A stretch of 61,449 nucleotides of DNA, the filler included, from Hausera hauseri (Eukaryota), in assembly GCA_046269625.1 (NCBI GenBank). It is 10 parts of 10 records of this genome, joined end to end, with 100 filler letters (N's around TTAATTAATTAA, not from the genome) between each part and the next. Parts side by side here need not be neighbours in the genome. Positions count along the whole stretch, not along the records: positions 25,957 to 32,465 come from JBJURY010092765.1; positions 32,566 to 42,908 come from JBJURY010201081.1; 8 more parts are not named here. One strand, given 5' to 3'. Positions 26,237-40,506 of this stretch are shown in pieces; position 1 is the first letter of the stretch; each line of letters begins with the position of its first letter. The notes beneath the pieces are model-generated. The model was not told the DNA's origin, made no database searches, and was given only the letters and a program-made list of their open reading frames with translations. The position numbers and the translations under genes are program-made.

Positions 26237-28080
26237 AATGTCAACTTTGCAAATATTGCACTTCTGTAGTGCACAATGAAGAAAATTGTCACAGAACAAT
26301 TGAAAAATATAACGGACTTTTATTTTATGGTTCCAATTATTATATATGTCCATTCTGTGAAACTGTCTCGAGAGTTTCTTATTCAGTATTTTTCAAGCAG
26401 CATGGACACCACCTGGCCGATTTCTGTCAAAAGAAGAAAGTGATTTTTAAAAATCAAAAGGAGCCACTAGAGATGGCGAGGAAATTATTCAGATAGAATA
26501 ATGACAATGAACAATCAACCAGTGCAGAAATAAAAACAAGAGGATACCGAAAGCGCTCAAGTGTCACTTTGAACGGGCAACAGACATCCAGATGGTGTTG
26601 CTTTTGAAAGTCGAATGTGAAAATTTGTACTATCTGCAATAGGATAAAATACATCATAGGAATTTCTGGATTCCATTTTAAATGAATCAATAGGAATATT
26701 GGAAGATAATCTGAGGGAGCTGAAGTCTATCAATGTTAATTTAATGTTAGAAGCCATATATACTGACATAGATAGTGAGAAAGCAAAAAGAACATTTAAA
26801 AGAAAAAACAAGCCAGTTTTGGATCAAAATAATATTAGTAAATTTTTGAAAAATGCGTTCAGACACTTTATACACGAATCAGAAGAATGTCAAGGAAAAA
26901 CAGCGGTTGGACACTTTCGGTCATTAAAAATTTAATCATTCGCATACATAAGTATTCCCCATGGAGGGGAATTTCTTACATTAATCTGTCTGACTGGATT
27001 GAAAATAAAAAGGCATGTATTAATGTCAAGAACAGTGATCATTTTTGTTTCAAATATGCAATTTAGCAAAATTTATAAATCTGGATGCTTAAAGGGAGGA
27101 ATTGTATAGAGACCTTCAATATGGCTGATTTATCATGTATCAGCCTTCCACCATCATTTCATGATATTGAGAAATTTGAGAAAATAAATTGAATTTAAAT
27201 CAGTATATTTGTGACTGATGATTCACAGAAAATGTATCCATTCAAAGTATGCAAAAATGACAACCAGATCATGGAAACTTGCTTTTATTAAACTAAGAGG
27301 AGAATAAGCATTATGTGTGGATAAAAAATCCCTTCATGTCTGGTCTCCAAACAAATATCCAACCACAATGGGAATATTGAAGTGTGCAAAAGACGCTTGA
27401 CATATTTCCACGATGATACAGATTAAATGAAAATATAAGAAACACAAACTGTATTTCAATGAAAATGAATGCTTACGAGTTGAATTTCAAAGGAGAATTA
27501 CATAATTTTTAATGAGTATGGAAAAACGCTCAGAGTACCAATAGTCATATATCGTGACTCTGAATCAATATTGTACCCGATGCATTGATGTTATCAAAGT
27601 CATTAACAGTCCCATACTACAACATATCAGCTGCGTGAACTGTCTTCATTTTTCATGTATACAAAAGGCTATTTTGAACAGAGGTCCAGGAGCGGTTTTT
27701 TATTCATGAAGAGATTGGAGAATATAGCAAATGCAGTTCAAAATATGAAACCACAACGCATGGTTATTACATTTGCTGAAGAAGCTGAATGAGAAAATGC
27801 CACAAATTGTTATTTATGCAGCAACAGCTTTACTTTAGACAATCACAAAGCCGGTATCATTGTCATATCACTGCTGGAAAGATTGATGTAAATCCTCACA
27901 GTGAAGAGAAATATAATAATAATAACTAAATAAATCTCGGATTTATTGACAGCTACAAATTTATGAGTTTGTCACTTGACAGTTTGGCCAAAAATCTTTC
28001 GCCGGATGATTTTAAAGAAACAAGAAAAAATTTCCCTGCAACACTTTTTGACTTAGTAAAGCGTAAAGGGGTTTTCTCCA
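26237..28080 (+). mobile_element. pPolB N-terminal half (terminal-protein region, EndoVII-like motif, exonuclease), heavily decayed, distinct AT-rich lineage
   Basis: CxxC segments; SINVNLMLEAIY; SGWTL; SYINLSDWIENKKACINVKNSDHFCFKYAI; HYVWIK; VPIVIYRDSESIL; CYLC...HCHIT; FIDSYKFMSLSLDSLAKNL; RKGVF. Confidence 0.82.
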
Positions 28081-28699
28081 AAGACGGAGAGAAAGAATCC
28101 TGATCAAATCAAGTTACATGATCCGTCCTTCATTGCTAATTTGTTCAATACAAACACCCGCAGGCATAAGGACGGTACAAAAAGTAATTCATTGAATTAT
28201 ATTATGAAGCAGAAAAAGTCCAAAGACAGAAAAAGTCGATCAAGATGCTACACTTGAGATCGACGTTATCACTGCCGATTGAATCAATCTCAAACACCGT
28301 GGTTTTATTTCGGTTTCCGGAAATGCGGTACCGGCGATCATTTTTCTCGACGGAGGCTTTCCTGCTGTGCAGTTTCGGCGCCATCGTGGTGGAGCTGTGG
28401 TATCCATTGTTCACCCTGTGGTCGTGGGCCACGCGGCACGCAGTGCGGAGTAATCACATAACGCCCCTGGTTCCAGCCAGCCCACTTTTCCATTTTCATT
28501 TTTAAATACAACACAAACACCCACATTCATACCGTAAATCACAATACCTTAGGAAAAGAGCTACATACTTCAATTTTACACGCCACAGACATGTCTGACT
28601 TTGCTTTGTTTTTCAGCGGCTTCATCATCCATCCACATGATCGTCTGTATAGCTTTCTTTTGCATCCATCTTCATTCATAAGTATCACGCTTCAGCCTA

Positions 28700-31600
28700 A
28701 ACGTCGTGGTGGCTTTGACCCCAACTCTACGAGACTAGGACGTTGCCTAGCATAACCTTCGTGTCGCCAACTCCATTCAATTTTTTACACTTCCAGTGCG
28801 CTGAATTCTTCCTTGATAGTCAAAATTCCAGCAGAACATGGCTAGACTTCCACGCAAAGTTGCTAGCCTCACATAAAATCACCGATTCCTTTCAAAAAGC
28901 CAACAGTTTGCTGATTCATCTTCTGCAAAACATAAAATCTTTCATTGCTATTCTATCTGACTTTTTCAATCACTCCTACCCCGACAAATCTCTATTGGAC
29001 GCTGTGACTAAAGCTACTGAGCCTTCTCTGAACTCTAATTCAAAAACCCAAAGAATTCCTGCGCACTTCACTATCGCAATTGAATTCTTTGGGAGTAAAC
29101 AAACAAAATAACGCCGATCTTTTCCGACGTTACTTCCTTTCAGCTCTTCCAATCCAAATACGCGCACTCCTCACTATAGTTGGGATTCTACGTCGCTTGA
29201 CAAACTGGTGCAACTTGCGGACAAAAGTTACAAAATTTTTCATAACAATGCATATAAAACGATTTCAGCTCTACAATCCACACAATCACCAACAATAGTT
29301 GCATATCTACAATAAGCAAACTCATCAAACAACGGGAACAATATAGTTCATCATATTCAAAATCTGAAAGCCGAAAATGCAGCCCTACGTCAAGCCATAT
29401 CGGCCATCTGTAGCAAAATTGACGCTTTGTCTCTATCGCGTCGTGATCGGTTTAGCACGGATCGAAGCAGACAGTCGTCTGCAAACTTTAGGCACGGCCA
29501 GTCACTTCGAGACAAATGGTGTGCTAGTATCACACCAAATTCAACTGAAATGCCAAAAAATACTGCATAGGCTGAAAGTTCTATATGCAGCGTTTCCAAT
29601 CAAACGATGCGGTGTGCATCTATTACAGTAAGTTTAAAGACAATGCAGGACGCTGCTTACCTGTGTGTAAGTTTTACACCCAGAAAACTCCAACATCTTT
29701 ACTTATTCAAAAACAAACGAATAAAGACGCCCAAAACTACGGCAACCTCTGGTAAAGGCCATTTTTCATTACTTAATCGCTGTACCAATGCTGTTTTTCT
29801 TTTGGACGCTGCATTCACATCTTTCCCGCACCACACCAAATTTCTGATTGACTTGGGTGCAGTCGTCTCATTAATTCCTTTATCCTTCAACTCCTTAAAA
29901 ATATTTCCCACGTCTGCCTGACTTTTCAATGCCACTGGACAAGCTTTACGCATTTCTGGTACTGTAGAACTTTCTTTTACTTTAGCACATTTCTCTGAAG
30001 TATTCCAATGGAAATTCATAGTCGCTGACATCAAAACTCCTATATTAGGTTATGATTTTTTATAATATCACAATTAACTTTTCGATTGCAGACAGCATCG
30101 TGTCATCAAAAATACAATCGATAATACAAAATCACAAAATGGTACACCACTTGTCGCGCATCTGACTGCGATGCTGAATTCGATATCAAAGAAATTTGTC
30201 ATCAAACTACATAAAATGAGTGTTGGTAATACCGATTGTGACGATTCTATTCATACAATCACGAAAAAAAACAACTGCTGATACAAACATGATTTCTCAG
30301 CCTGCATCCCCATTCTTGCAACTAGATTCAGCTCTTCGCGATTACATAAAAACTTCTTGTGCCAGACCATTAAAGAAAGATCCCAGTTTTAAACCTGCTT
30401 CTACAACGTACCATCATATTGTCAGTGAACACCAAAGACCAATTAAGCAGAAGGTTAGGCCACTTTCTTCTCGCAGACACTAAGCCGTAGAGTTGGAATT
30501 TAACGAATTAGAAAAAACAGGAATCATAAGGTCAAAATCCCCTTGGACCTCACAATTACACGTTGTGCCCAAGAAGGACGGCACATTCAGGACCTGCAGC
30601 TATTACCAAAAATTAAACATCATCACGGTAATGGATTCATATCCATTACCGCCCATTAACGACATACTACATAAACTCCAGGGCAAAATCATATTTTCAT
30701 CGATCAATCTTCATAAAGTCCATCATCAGATTCCCGTGGCACAGGATGACATACCGAAAACGGCTGTAACAACACCTTTCAGCCTTTTTGAGTATGTTTT
30801 CATGCCATTTGGACTTTGTAGTGCCTCACAAACATTTCAAAGGCATATAGACACAGTGCTCGCCGGTCTAAACTTTGCATTCCCATACATAAACGACATC
30901 CTTATCGCTTTGTCGTCTCCCAAACAGCATTCTGAGCAATTACGCATAGTCTTCCAGCGCCTCCACCAAAGTAACCTGGAAGTCAACTTCGCTAAATGCT
31001 TCAACACACAATCAACATTCTTGGTCACATTATCAGCAAATCTGGATACTCTCCTCAACAAGATCGCACAACTCAACTTAAAACATTCAACTGCCTCGTA
31101 CAACAACTGAAATGTGCTCTTTTCTTGGTACACTCCACTTTGCTCATAAATACATGCCACATTGCTCCGAATTAACCGAACCTTTTGCATTTCTATCGTG
31201 TGGAAAAAACAGTTAATTCACAGGAAGCCTGAACTTGTAAACTAATTCGACCACTTACGTGAGGGTTTAAAAACCGATGAAATTCTAGAATACCCCAAGC
31301 CTGACGCAGAGCTGATATTAATCACAGGCGCTTCTACCACAGCAGTCGGAGCAATACTGCATCAATTTCTAATGGCGTCAACGAACCCCTGGAATTTTAT
31401 TCTCGGAAACTTGCACCACCAGAAAGTCGTTATTAAACTTTTGACATAGAGCTCTTAGCCATAGTATTAGCTCTAAAACACTTCTCGCATTTGTTAATTG
31501 CCAGGTCTTTTACGATCCAAACGGACCACAAACCTCTTCTTCGCTTTGTGGACATGAAAACCCCTTCACTCCGACAGGGACGTCACATATCGTACTTGTC

Positions 31601-32465
31601 GACGTTCAATTTTAAAATGGTACATATTTTATGGACTGACAATCTAGTTGCTGATTTTTTGTCGAGATCAGTTAACATCATTGGAGTCACCCCGATTCTT
31701 TTACGGACAGTGCTTCGGCAAAGCGTGTCAGCACAAGATATTATTAAATCCTTTAAATCACACCAAATCATCGACAGAATTGCCTATTACACTTCTCAAC
31801 CCGGGAATCATAAATTTATACTATCTTCCTTTTTGCAGAAAACGGCATTTCATAGTGTGCATTCTCTTCATCGTCCGAGTGCTAAAGCAACTTTTCGTCT
31901 GTTGTAACGCAACGTTATATTGCCGTCGATGAGTTCAGATGTACAAGCGTGGATGAAGGAGTGTGTGGAATGCCAAAAGTTTAAAATTAACGAACATCTG
32001 AAGCCACAGTTTTATCATTTCCCCTGTACGTCGCGATTCGAATCCGTGCATATTGACCTAGTCGGCCCTCTTCGTCCAGATAACGGCAATCAATTCATAT
32101 TGACCGTGATGGACCGTGCTTCTCGATGGCCAGAAGCTATTCCATTACGCTCCACCAACACGAACAATATCGCTGAGGTCTCCATTAAAACTTGAATTAG
32201 TAGATTTGGCTCACATCTTTTTATTATCACGGACCAAGGTCTACAATTTGAGTCAAATCTCTTTAAATCCTTAGTCAATCGCTTGGGGGTCAAACACATA
32301 CACACTTCTCAATATCATCCTCAAACGAACAGTTTACTTGAACGTTTCCACTGCACAATGAAGACCTTGCTCAAAATCCTTGCTGAATCACACAGCAACT
32401 GGACATCTGTTCATTCACTCGTCTTGCTCGGTTGGCGTAACACACCCTCTACAACGATGGGTTGT
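28700..32465 (+). mobile_element. Ty3/gypsy LTR retrotransposon, decayed gag-pro-RT-RH-IN
   Basis: FLIDLGAVVSLIP (protease), SKSPWTSQLHVVPKKDG, MPFGLCSASQTFQR, PYINDIL, TDHKPL, HIDLVGPL, DRASRWPEAIPL, YHPQTNSLLERFH. Confidence 0.92.
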
Positions 32466-32565
32466 NNNNNNNNNNNNNNNNNNNNNNNNNNNNNNNNNNN
32501 NNNNNNNNNTTAATTAATTAANNNNNNNNNNNNNNNNNNNNNNNNNNNNNNNNNNNNNNNNNNNN

Positions 32566-32702
32566 GGAGGAAACCCACGCGGACACGGGGAGAACATGCA
32601 AACTCCACACAGAAAGGACCCAGATCGCCCCACCCGGGGATCAAACCCAGGACCTTCTCGCTGTGAGGCGACAGTGCTACCCACCGAGCCACCGTGCCGC
32701 CC
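32566..32702 (-). mobile_element. Teleost-type tRNA-derived SINE, 5' part (3' part at 42780-42908)
   Basis: Minus strand GGGCGGCACGGTGGCTCGGTGG (A box) ... GGTTTGATCC (B box) followed by TGTGTGGAGTTTGCATGTTCTCCCCGTG core typical of fish SINEs; 14-bp TSD CCTCATCCCCTAAC at 32704-32717. Confidence 0.88.
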
Positions 32703-32793
32703 TCCTCATCCCCTAACATGCCAGTCCATATATGGGTGTGTTTTCTTGTGTTTTAAGTTAAAATCCTTTTTCTTCATTTTCTGTGTAAAACAG

Positions 32794-33425
32794 AATAAGT
32801 GGGTGCCCAGGACCAACAACAAGGTCAGCACCACTAATAACAACATGGTCCGCAACGAAGCTCAACAAGACAATAAGAAGAAGGTACAAACCAAAATGAA
32901 CCTCACTTCTGAAAGGAAGACCCCATCAATTGTAAAACAGGTTTCACATAAGCAATACATTTCACATAAGCAAGACCAACTGTGTTTTCTATTTTACTCA
33001 ATTCACAGACTGGAACCCAGAACTACCAGGAGCATGATGCTCTTGGAAGAGGATACTTATGGAGAAATCAAGGCAAATGGCGCAATGCACCAAAAATCAA
33101 AATTGAAATTGAAAAAAGTACTTCTTCCAGGTAAGACATCTCGTTTCACAGATGCCTAAATAATGGACGCATCAACCTGTAATTATTGCACTTTGCTTTT
33201 TTACAGAAATAGCTACAGCAGGAATGATCAATGTGGCCAAGATCAGGACCGCTTTGAGCCCCGTTACAGGAAATACAGGGGACAGGACCTGTGCCCTTCT
33301 ACATCAAACAGATCAGGTACAACAAGGAGTTTCAATGTTCCTAATTAAATGAGCATGTCTGTTTTGAGCTTTAATAATATATTTGTGTATTTACAGAGAA
33401 AACAAGCTGGAGCTGTCGGAAATGA
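32794..33425 (+). CDS. 3' exons of a divergent truncated eIF4G-like gene
   Basis: Exons 32794-32940 (NKWVPR...KKVQ, matching the NWVPR exon after MIF4G), 33009-33130, 33207-33316, 33397-33425 (stop); GT-AG phases consistent; AATAAA at ~33474. Confidence 0.7.
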
Positions 33426-34468
33426 AGCCACACACAGAAGCTGCTTCCATAATGTCGATCAAGAACTATGAGCAATAAAAAAACATAAACATTTTAAACG
33501 TTGTGCGTTTCATTCTGTTTACATTGGGTGGTCAGAGGAGCTACTGCTAGCTACTGTTGTGACTAAAACAAATTAGAACATTAAAACATAATTAGAAAGA
33601 ATGTCCCAGTACTTTGGTCCATATAGTGTATGTAAGTGTTTATACACACTCTTAATAATTAAATTGTTATTTAGCCACACTTCTGCTAACAAATGTATCA
33701 ATAAAATTGACATTAATACATTTGTTAAAAATCAATGTCACACACGAACAGCTACATTTTAAACAGCGCTTACTTAGACATTTGTTTTTGCCAATCTGGC
33801 CACTAAGTATTATGAAGTCAATTCCCTTGTTTTTTTAAACTGGCTAATACAGTTTAGAAATGTTTTATGGGATGATCTGTACTAAATGACACCTTACACA
33901 TCCTTAGTTTTTACACCGACTGCCCTTGATGAAACTTATCTGTCTTATTTATCTGGGCTTAAGACCACCACTACAATGCACAAGCCCATTTCTAACCACC
34001 AAGCTATAGCTGCCACCAAAACAACACAATAATAATGAAATGAAATTGATAAAAGAAATATAGATCTATACATATGCAGCATGGTGGGACAATTTCAGGG
34101 AGAACAAATCATTTTATAAAGCCTTGGTCTGTCATATGCACTTTGTTGAGCAGAGAGAAGCACAGGTCAATGTAAGTGTATCTTCAGTGCCCATAATTCC
34201 CTGTGCTCTGTGTTTGAGGAAGAAAGAAACAGATATATTGTTAGAATGCTGTTGAGGTGTGTTATTGCTAGTGGAATAAGCAGCTAGGTGTTTTGAACAC
34301 AAATTTATTTTTAAAAGCCCCTATCGCTCTTTTTTGTGCTGTGCTTATTTGCACTCCTGAGGTGTGTCCGGAACCGCGCCCTATTCACTTTATTGTGCAC
34401 TATTTGGGGATTCGGCCAGGTGTGTTCGAAAACCTAGTGCAGCGTTTTCAGTGCACTCAAACAATCAC

Positions 34469-34716
34469 ATAATGCACGGCAAAGAATAGTGTACAACCAA
34501 TGCACACTAGCTGGTTGTTGATACCCATAATGCACTGCAAAAAATAGTGTACAACCAATGCACACTAGCTGGTTGCTGATACCCATAATGCACTACAAAG
34601 AATAGTGTACAACAGATGTATACTAGCTGGTCACTGATACCCATAATGTACTGCAAAGAGTAATGTACAACCGTTGTATACTAGCTGGTCACTGATACCC
34701 ATAATGCACTGCAAAG
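34469..34716. repeat. 58-bp minisatellite, ~4.3 copies
   Basis: Unit ATAATGCACTGCAAAGAATAGTGTACAACCAATGCACACTAGCTGGTTGCTGATACCC starting at 34469, 34527, 34585, 34643, 34701. Confidence 0.95.
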
Positions 34717-35224
34717 TTTATAGTATGCTTATACGATGAATTTAGAATTAATTAGGACACTTTGCTGTTTATAATAGATTTTATAGTGTACAGGGCAGAT
34801 GTTTAAGTGGGTAATGACCAAACCCACAAAAGGTGTAGTGTCCAAAATCATTCCCTATCCTCCATAAATCATTCCTGTATATTAGTGAGCAATGTAGGGA
34901 TTGGGGCCATTTTGAACCCTTAGTTAGTTTTTATCTAATAAATAATACACTTTACTGTTTGTGTTCAATTGTTATCTGCTGACTGACTTGGGCTATTATG
35001 TGTAGACAGGCACTCAGCAGACGAATGGGATCATTTGAATAAATTCAGTAGCTTTTAGTTGGAGTAATTTGTCTATATCATTTTAGGACTAATTGTGCTG
35101 TACAGTACATTAACAATTTTCCTTTTTCTGTTTCCAAAGTAAGCTGAATCTCAAATGGCCGAACATCAAATGGCTCCTCACTGTCTACATTTGTGCACTA
35201 CAACATAATGGCTTCTCCACCCTA

Positions 35225-35405
35225 TATAGTAGAAGAATGCCTTTATTTGTCATTACACATATACAGATGTACAGTACAACAAATTCTTTCTTCTCATATC
35301 CCAGCTTGTATGAAGTTGGGGTCAGAGTGCAGGGTCAGCCATTGTACAGCGCCCCTGGAGGCGGACAGGGTTAAGGGTCTTGCTCAAGGACCCAACAGTG
35401 AACAG
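35225..35405 (-). mobile_element. Teleost SINE-like repeat fragment
   Basis: GGGTTAAGGGTCTTGCTCAAGGACCCAACAGTG and TTTATTTGTCATT motifs; related inverse copies at ~37040-37110 and ~38440-38660. Confidence 0.6.
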
Positions 35406-38048
35406 TTAAGTTAATTAGAACTGATTGATATATTAGTAGTTTAAAACAAATAAAAATTACATGTTAAAGTGTGATTGATTATAAAAACATTTCAAAGCAT
35501 TTTATTGGGATGTTTAACAACCTCATAAGTGATAATAGACGATGTTGGATTGTTCATTGTGGCTTTAAAAAAAAGATTAAAAAATGCCTCATCAGCTTCT
35601 CTTTCATAATTGACTGAAATGGGCAATTTGTATAACTGCCACAAAGTCAATTATTTCCAACAAATATATGAACACATGAACATTATTTATATTTCATGTT
35701 TTTATATAAATGTATGACATTTTGAAAAAAAAAAGAATAATTACAGATGAATTGTGCTTAAATCTTGTGCTTAAAGTCTTCAACTGAAACCACTGTTATT
35801 GTTAACCACTTGAAATGTATTTTATTTTTTTATTTATATATATATATATATATAAATCAATAGATTTCTAATACAGACAACATTAATATTGTCTTTGTTT
35901 TTCACTTTAGAAATGAGCACTTTTCCTTCTCTGTTCTAGCACCCAGCTGTAAGGATTCATATCTAATCGTAGCATGTTAAGAATCCACGGGTCTTTGTGA
36001 GCCCCTGCCAAGAACTCGTCCAGTGTTATGCGACCTGAAAGAGAAACAACAAATTATTATTGAATCTTTTTGCCATTATTCTTTATCTGTTGGATCTGGG
36101 ATTGAACCGGCAATTAATGAAATACAATTCACCAGTAGGGTGGCACCCAGCCAACTAGCAACACTGAGATTCGAACCAATACAGTTGAGTGCGGTTGAAA
36201 ATTTCAATACTCCACCTTGACCTAGGACCAAGTGTATGCCTAATGACAGCAGTAAGTAGGGTATATTTACATGGTATATTGCACACCAACAGCACAGCAA
36301 GCAGTCTAGCAACATGGATTAAAATAGTAATAATAAAATATTGTAAAATAACCAAATAACAATATTTGTGTTGCGTCTCTCACGTGAACTTTTGTATAGG
36401 TGATACAGATAACAATTCAAGTAAAAATGTATCAAAATCAAATTATAATTCTGTTTCTAAAATATTCACTTTTACAACTTTCCACATTCATTTGAAAACA
36501 TTTTGGATCTGTTGGTTTCCCAGTGATCTCAAAATACTGTCAGACAGTTTTTAATTGTAGGTTCATGCGTCATTTTGGTTTTCATACCTAAGTAGTGAAA
36601 ATATGATTTAATGTAAGAGCAACATCATTTGTGTCTAAAACTATTATTCGACTACTGTTTAACCATTTTAGCATTTAGCAGATACTCTTATCCAGACCAA
36701 CTTACAGAACTGCTTAAAGTATAACCAGTATAGTATTTTATATATATATTATTTATGTTAATCTAAATGTAAATATAAGTATATTTACATTTATATATTA
36801 GCTAATTAACATATTGATTTTTGTTCCAATAATTGCCCAATATACCCTTTACCAGAATGAATTAAAAAAAACTTAGACTAAAGTATTGAAACACTTCTTG
36901 TAATTATTGAATTCATATGTGTTGAACAGGTTTAATAAATGTAAACAATTATCTATTCCAGCAAGTCCTGTGCACAAATCAAGCTCTATAAAACATGAAG
37001 AAACATTTCTGACTGGGATAAAGCATAAGGAAATGTGCACTGGTTCAAGCCCCATCACTGCCAGATTGCCATTGTTGGACCCTCGAGCAAATTCCTTAAC
37101 CTTCAATTTAAAGTGCTAAATGCCAAAAATGCATATAAATCTGTAGTAAAACAATCAATAAATGAATAAATATTCCAGAATAGTTTGCTGGCTAATATGC
37201 CTGGGTGGTTTTGTTCTAGTATTGTATTGGTTTAAAGAAATACCAGTGGGTTCACAGTGTTCTCAGCCCCACTAAAGAACCTTACAATGAACCGTAACAT
37301 CAATTTAAGCTTTCTTTAGTGTCGATCTATCTACAACTAATCAACACTCTATAAACCAGTCATTACATAGAATAGAAGTGTAAAGAAAAACACATATGAA
37401 GTTTTCTACATTGAACAGGGATTAACTGGTCTGAACCCTCATTCTCTACTGGGGTAATACACTATGGTGAATGAATCCTTTCAGCCCAACACATGAACAA
37501 ATAAAAACCTTAAGTTTACTTTTAATATCACTATGACCAAAGCCAAAACAACACTAATAAAGCACAAATGTAAAGAAGCCTAATATAACCCTTTGTAACA
37601 TATTGTACATATTTTTATATTATAATATATATTATATTATTGTATCTATTCCATGTACCTTATAACAGTATAACATATTTTCCCATTAGGTCCCAGTTGT
37701 ATTTTATTCTTTAGAAATTAGACTTTCTAGGAAAAGTTTCTTCGTTAAAATATAGCTAATAAGTATATGCACTTGTAAATGCTTTTGCTAGCATAACAGT
37801 ATACATTTTTAATTTGTCATGTAAACTTTGTTTTTAGCACTTTGCTAGACAATAATAGAAATATATTTTTTGGAGTATTGTGTGGCATGTTATGTAAAAC
37901 AGTTATACAAATATTCTGTGGCAAATGTAGCTATATCAAAGCTAATAGCTAATTAAAAACAACGATAAGCTGAAATATGTGACCAAATTAACGAAATAAC
38001 GCGAAATTTATATTATATATATATAATAATACTAAAAAAATCCTTTCG

Positions 38049-38165
38049 ATGCTAGCACGCGCACAAACACACGCGCCAATTTGCACGCGCGTGTTTGTGG
38101 GCGCGTGCGAGTTTATGCTAGCCAAAAATTCGTTGAGTTTAATGCTTGTACAATTACATGCATCT

Positions 38166-38208
<43 letters not shown>
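38049..38208. repeat. Imperfect palindrome (MITE-like) followed by (CA)n microsatellite
   Basis: GCACGCGCACAAACACACGCG...CGCGTGTTTGTGGGCGCGTGC hairpin; ~20 CA units at 38169-38208. Confidence 0.8.
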
Positions 38209-38211
<3 letters not shown>

Positions 38212-39789
38212 TCAGTACACACTTCACCTGCACAATCTCCATTTAAGTATCCTCTCTCAGAAGCATCCCTGCTGTGGGTGTGGAACAGCTGAACCTCGTC
38301 TAGGTACCCCAGCTCCCAACTCCACAGAGCATGCTCAGAATATTACATCACTAGTGAAGTTTAAGAGGAATGCTGGGAAATGAATTCTTTAACCCTAAAG
38401 TGCAGTGTAGTTTTATCAATAATTATTCAGAATCACCAGCAGATGGCGGTGTAGAGCTTTGGGCTATCAACCAGAGATTAGCGGTTCAAATCTCAGCTGT
38501 GCCACACAGCCACTGTTGGGTCCTTCATCATGACCCTCAACCTTGTCTGCTCCAGGGGCGCCATACAATGGCCAGGTTCCAAGGCTGGGATATGTGAAGA
38601 AACAATTTTGTTGTATTGTACATATGTATATGTGGAATGACAAATAAAGTCATTCTATTTGATTCTATTCAATAAATTCCTAATAAAACCTAAACAACCA
38701 AATTGACATTATTAAGTAAGAAAAAGTACACATAGCGTCTGCAAATATTCAAGCAGCTACACTATTTAGAGTCCATTTCTATATACTCCTAAATTAGGTA
38801 TTTTAACTGAAAGTCAATAAAAAAGAAGAAACACACCTTTACATCATTTAGTATTAGTCTTTGCTGTGGGTGCAGTTTTACTCATTTTGTACTGCTGAAC
38901 TACACTGGATCAGAAACACTGCGAGAATTTAGGCATTATGTGCACATTCAGAGCACTTTATAGCACCTCTATTGATTTCAGAAATAAAGTTAGGTGTTGC
39001 TATTCCGATGTGAACTTTTCTGCACATCAGCTTGATACATAGATTTTTGTTTTCTATTTTAATTCATGAATCATTTTATCCTGATCACAGTTGCAGGTAT
39101 GGTATCTGGCTAATCGATGGCTTGAATTATTAGCTTTGGGTGAATTAATGAATGGTTAAGTGATGCTACATGGTGCTTTTCTTATTGTATATACAATAAC
39201 TATTTAAAATGTTGTTTTGGTGTAGCCCTGTTCCAGGTTCCTAAAACTCAGCTCTAATAGTCTAGTGGTTTTTGGCCTCTTGTTTTATGTCTATGTAGAT
39301 TTGTTTCAAGTAATTATGTTATTCTTTGCCTCAAAAAAAGTTCAACTTACAATAAACCTGTAGGATGATAGGAGTCTATGGGTGTGTGTGTAGTGGCTTA
39401 GAGTGAAGGCTTATCTGTAATGTATTTCACCTTTTTGTCATGGACCCACATGGCAAAATTAAGTCTAATGTGTTTAATGAAGGAAAAGTTGAGCAAGCTT
39501 CATATTTAAAAATGTTTTGCTAGTAGCTATACTCATATACAAATATGTATATGTACATATAATTATCCTAAACCTTAATTTGATTAACAAAACAATTGTT
39601 TAAATAAAATATTTCCAAAGTTTTCAGTCATATTGAAAAATAAAACGTTAATTGAAACGAATTGAAATTTTTTTTTTTACATGAAATAAACATGATACAC
39701 CCACATAAATATTTAACATGTAGATGTTTTACCTGTACTAGTCGTGTCCAATCATATTCATTATTTTACTCTCTTACTTTTTTCAATGC

Positions 39790-40045
39790 TTATCTTATCA
39801 GGATCCTAGAGGAAGGGGTGCTGGAGCGTATCCCAGCTTTTCAATAAGTACAAGGCACACCGAAGCACCCTGGATGCAGTGCCAGTTCATTATTGGGTAG
39901 GCACCAATACCCACACACACTCATTCACATACTCATTTACCTATAGGGCAATTTTGTGTCTCTAAATAACTTAACTGCATGGTTTTGGACTGTGCAGGGA
40001 AACCCACAAAAACACAGGGAGAACATGCCAACTCCAAAGAAAAAA
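39790..40045 (-). mobile_element. Older teleost SINE copy
   Basis: GGGAAACCCACAAAAACACAGGGAGAACATGCCAACTCCA is a diverged version of the core at 32566-32610. Confidence 0.75.
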
Positions 40046-40506
40046 GACTCTGTTGTTGTTATAATCTGTTATTTAAAGTAACTGAATAAAATAAAGGCTA
40101 AAATAGGCTAATTATTTTATTCCTTTAATATCAATAAATAATAATAATCCGCTCTGGATTAAAGTGCTTGGAGATTGTATTGCAACTAATAGAGCAATTC
40201 AAAATGAATTGTTTTGATTCAATCTACAACATGGATGCCATGGTGAAATGACGTCACCGTGGCTGCAGGTTCGAGAGTTCTATTGAAGAGGTTCTTTTAT
40301 GTTTCACTCATCAGTAGAATTTACACACAGCACGATGAATTCTACTGCTCGACAGGTTATTTTATTTGTATTACTATTTCATTGTTTTATTTGAAATGTC
40401 GTAGATTGATAGTGATCTTAGTGTGGTTAAAGACTTTGTGAATGTTTAATGTTTTAAATCCAAACCCTGCATACATTGTTTTCTGTTGCAGAAGTATTAC
40501 GCTTAT

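Noticed and set aside
20994-32465. pPolB next to a retroviral-type integrase as a complete Polinton
   Set aside because: The integrases belong to gypsy pol (RT-RH-IN order), and one is separated from pPolB by an artificial spacer.
32640-32702. tRNA gene
   Set aside because: The A and B boxes belong to a SINE head; no full cloverleaf.
32596-33159. 187-aa ORF
   Set aside because: Read-through of SINE, intron and eIF4G-like exons in mixed frames.
34469-34716. Regularly spaced repeats resembling a CRISPR array
   Set aside because: Whole 58-bp units repeat with no unique spacers, no cas genes, and a vertebrate context.
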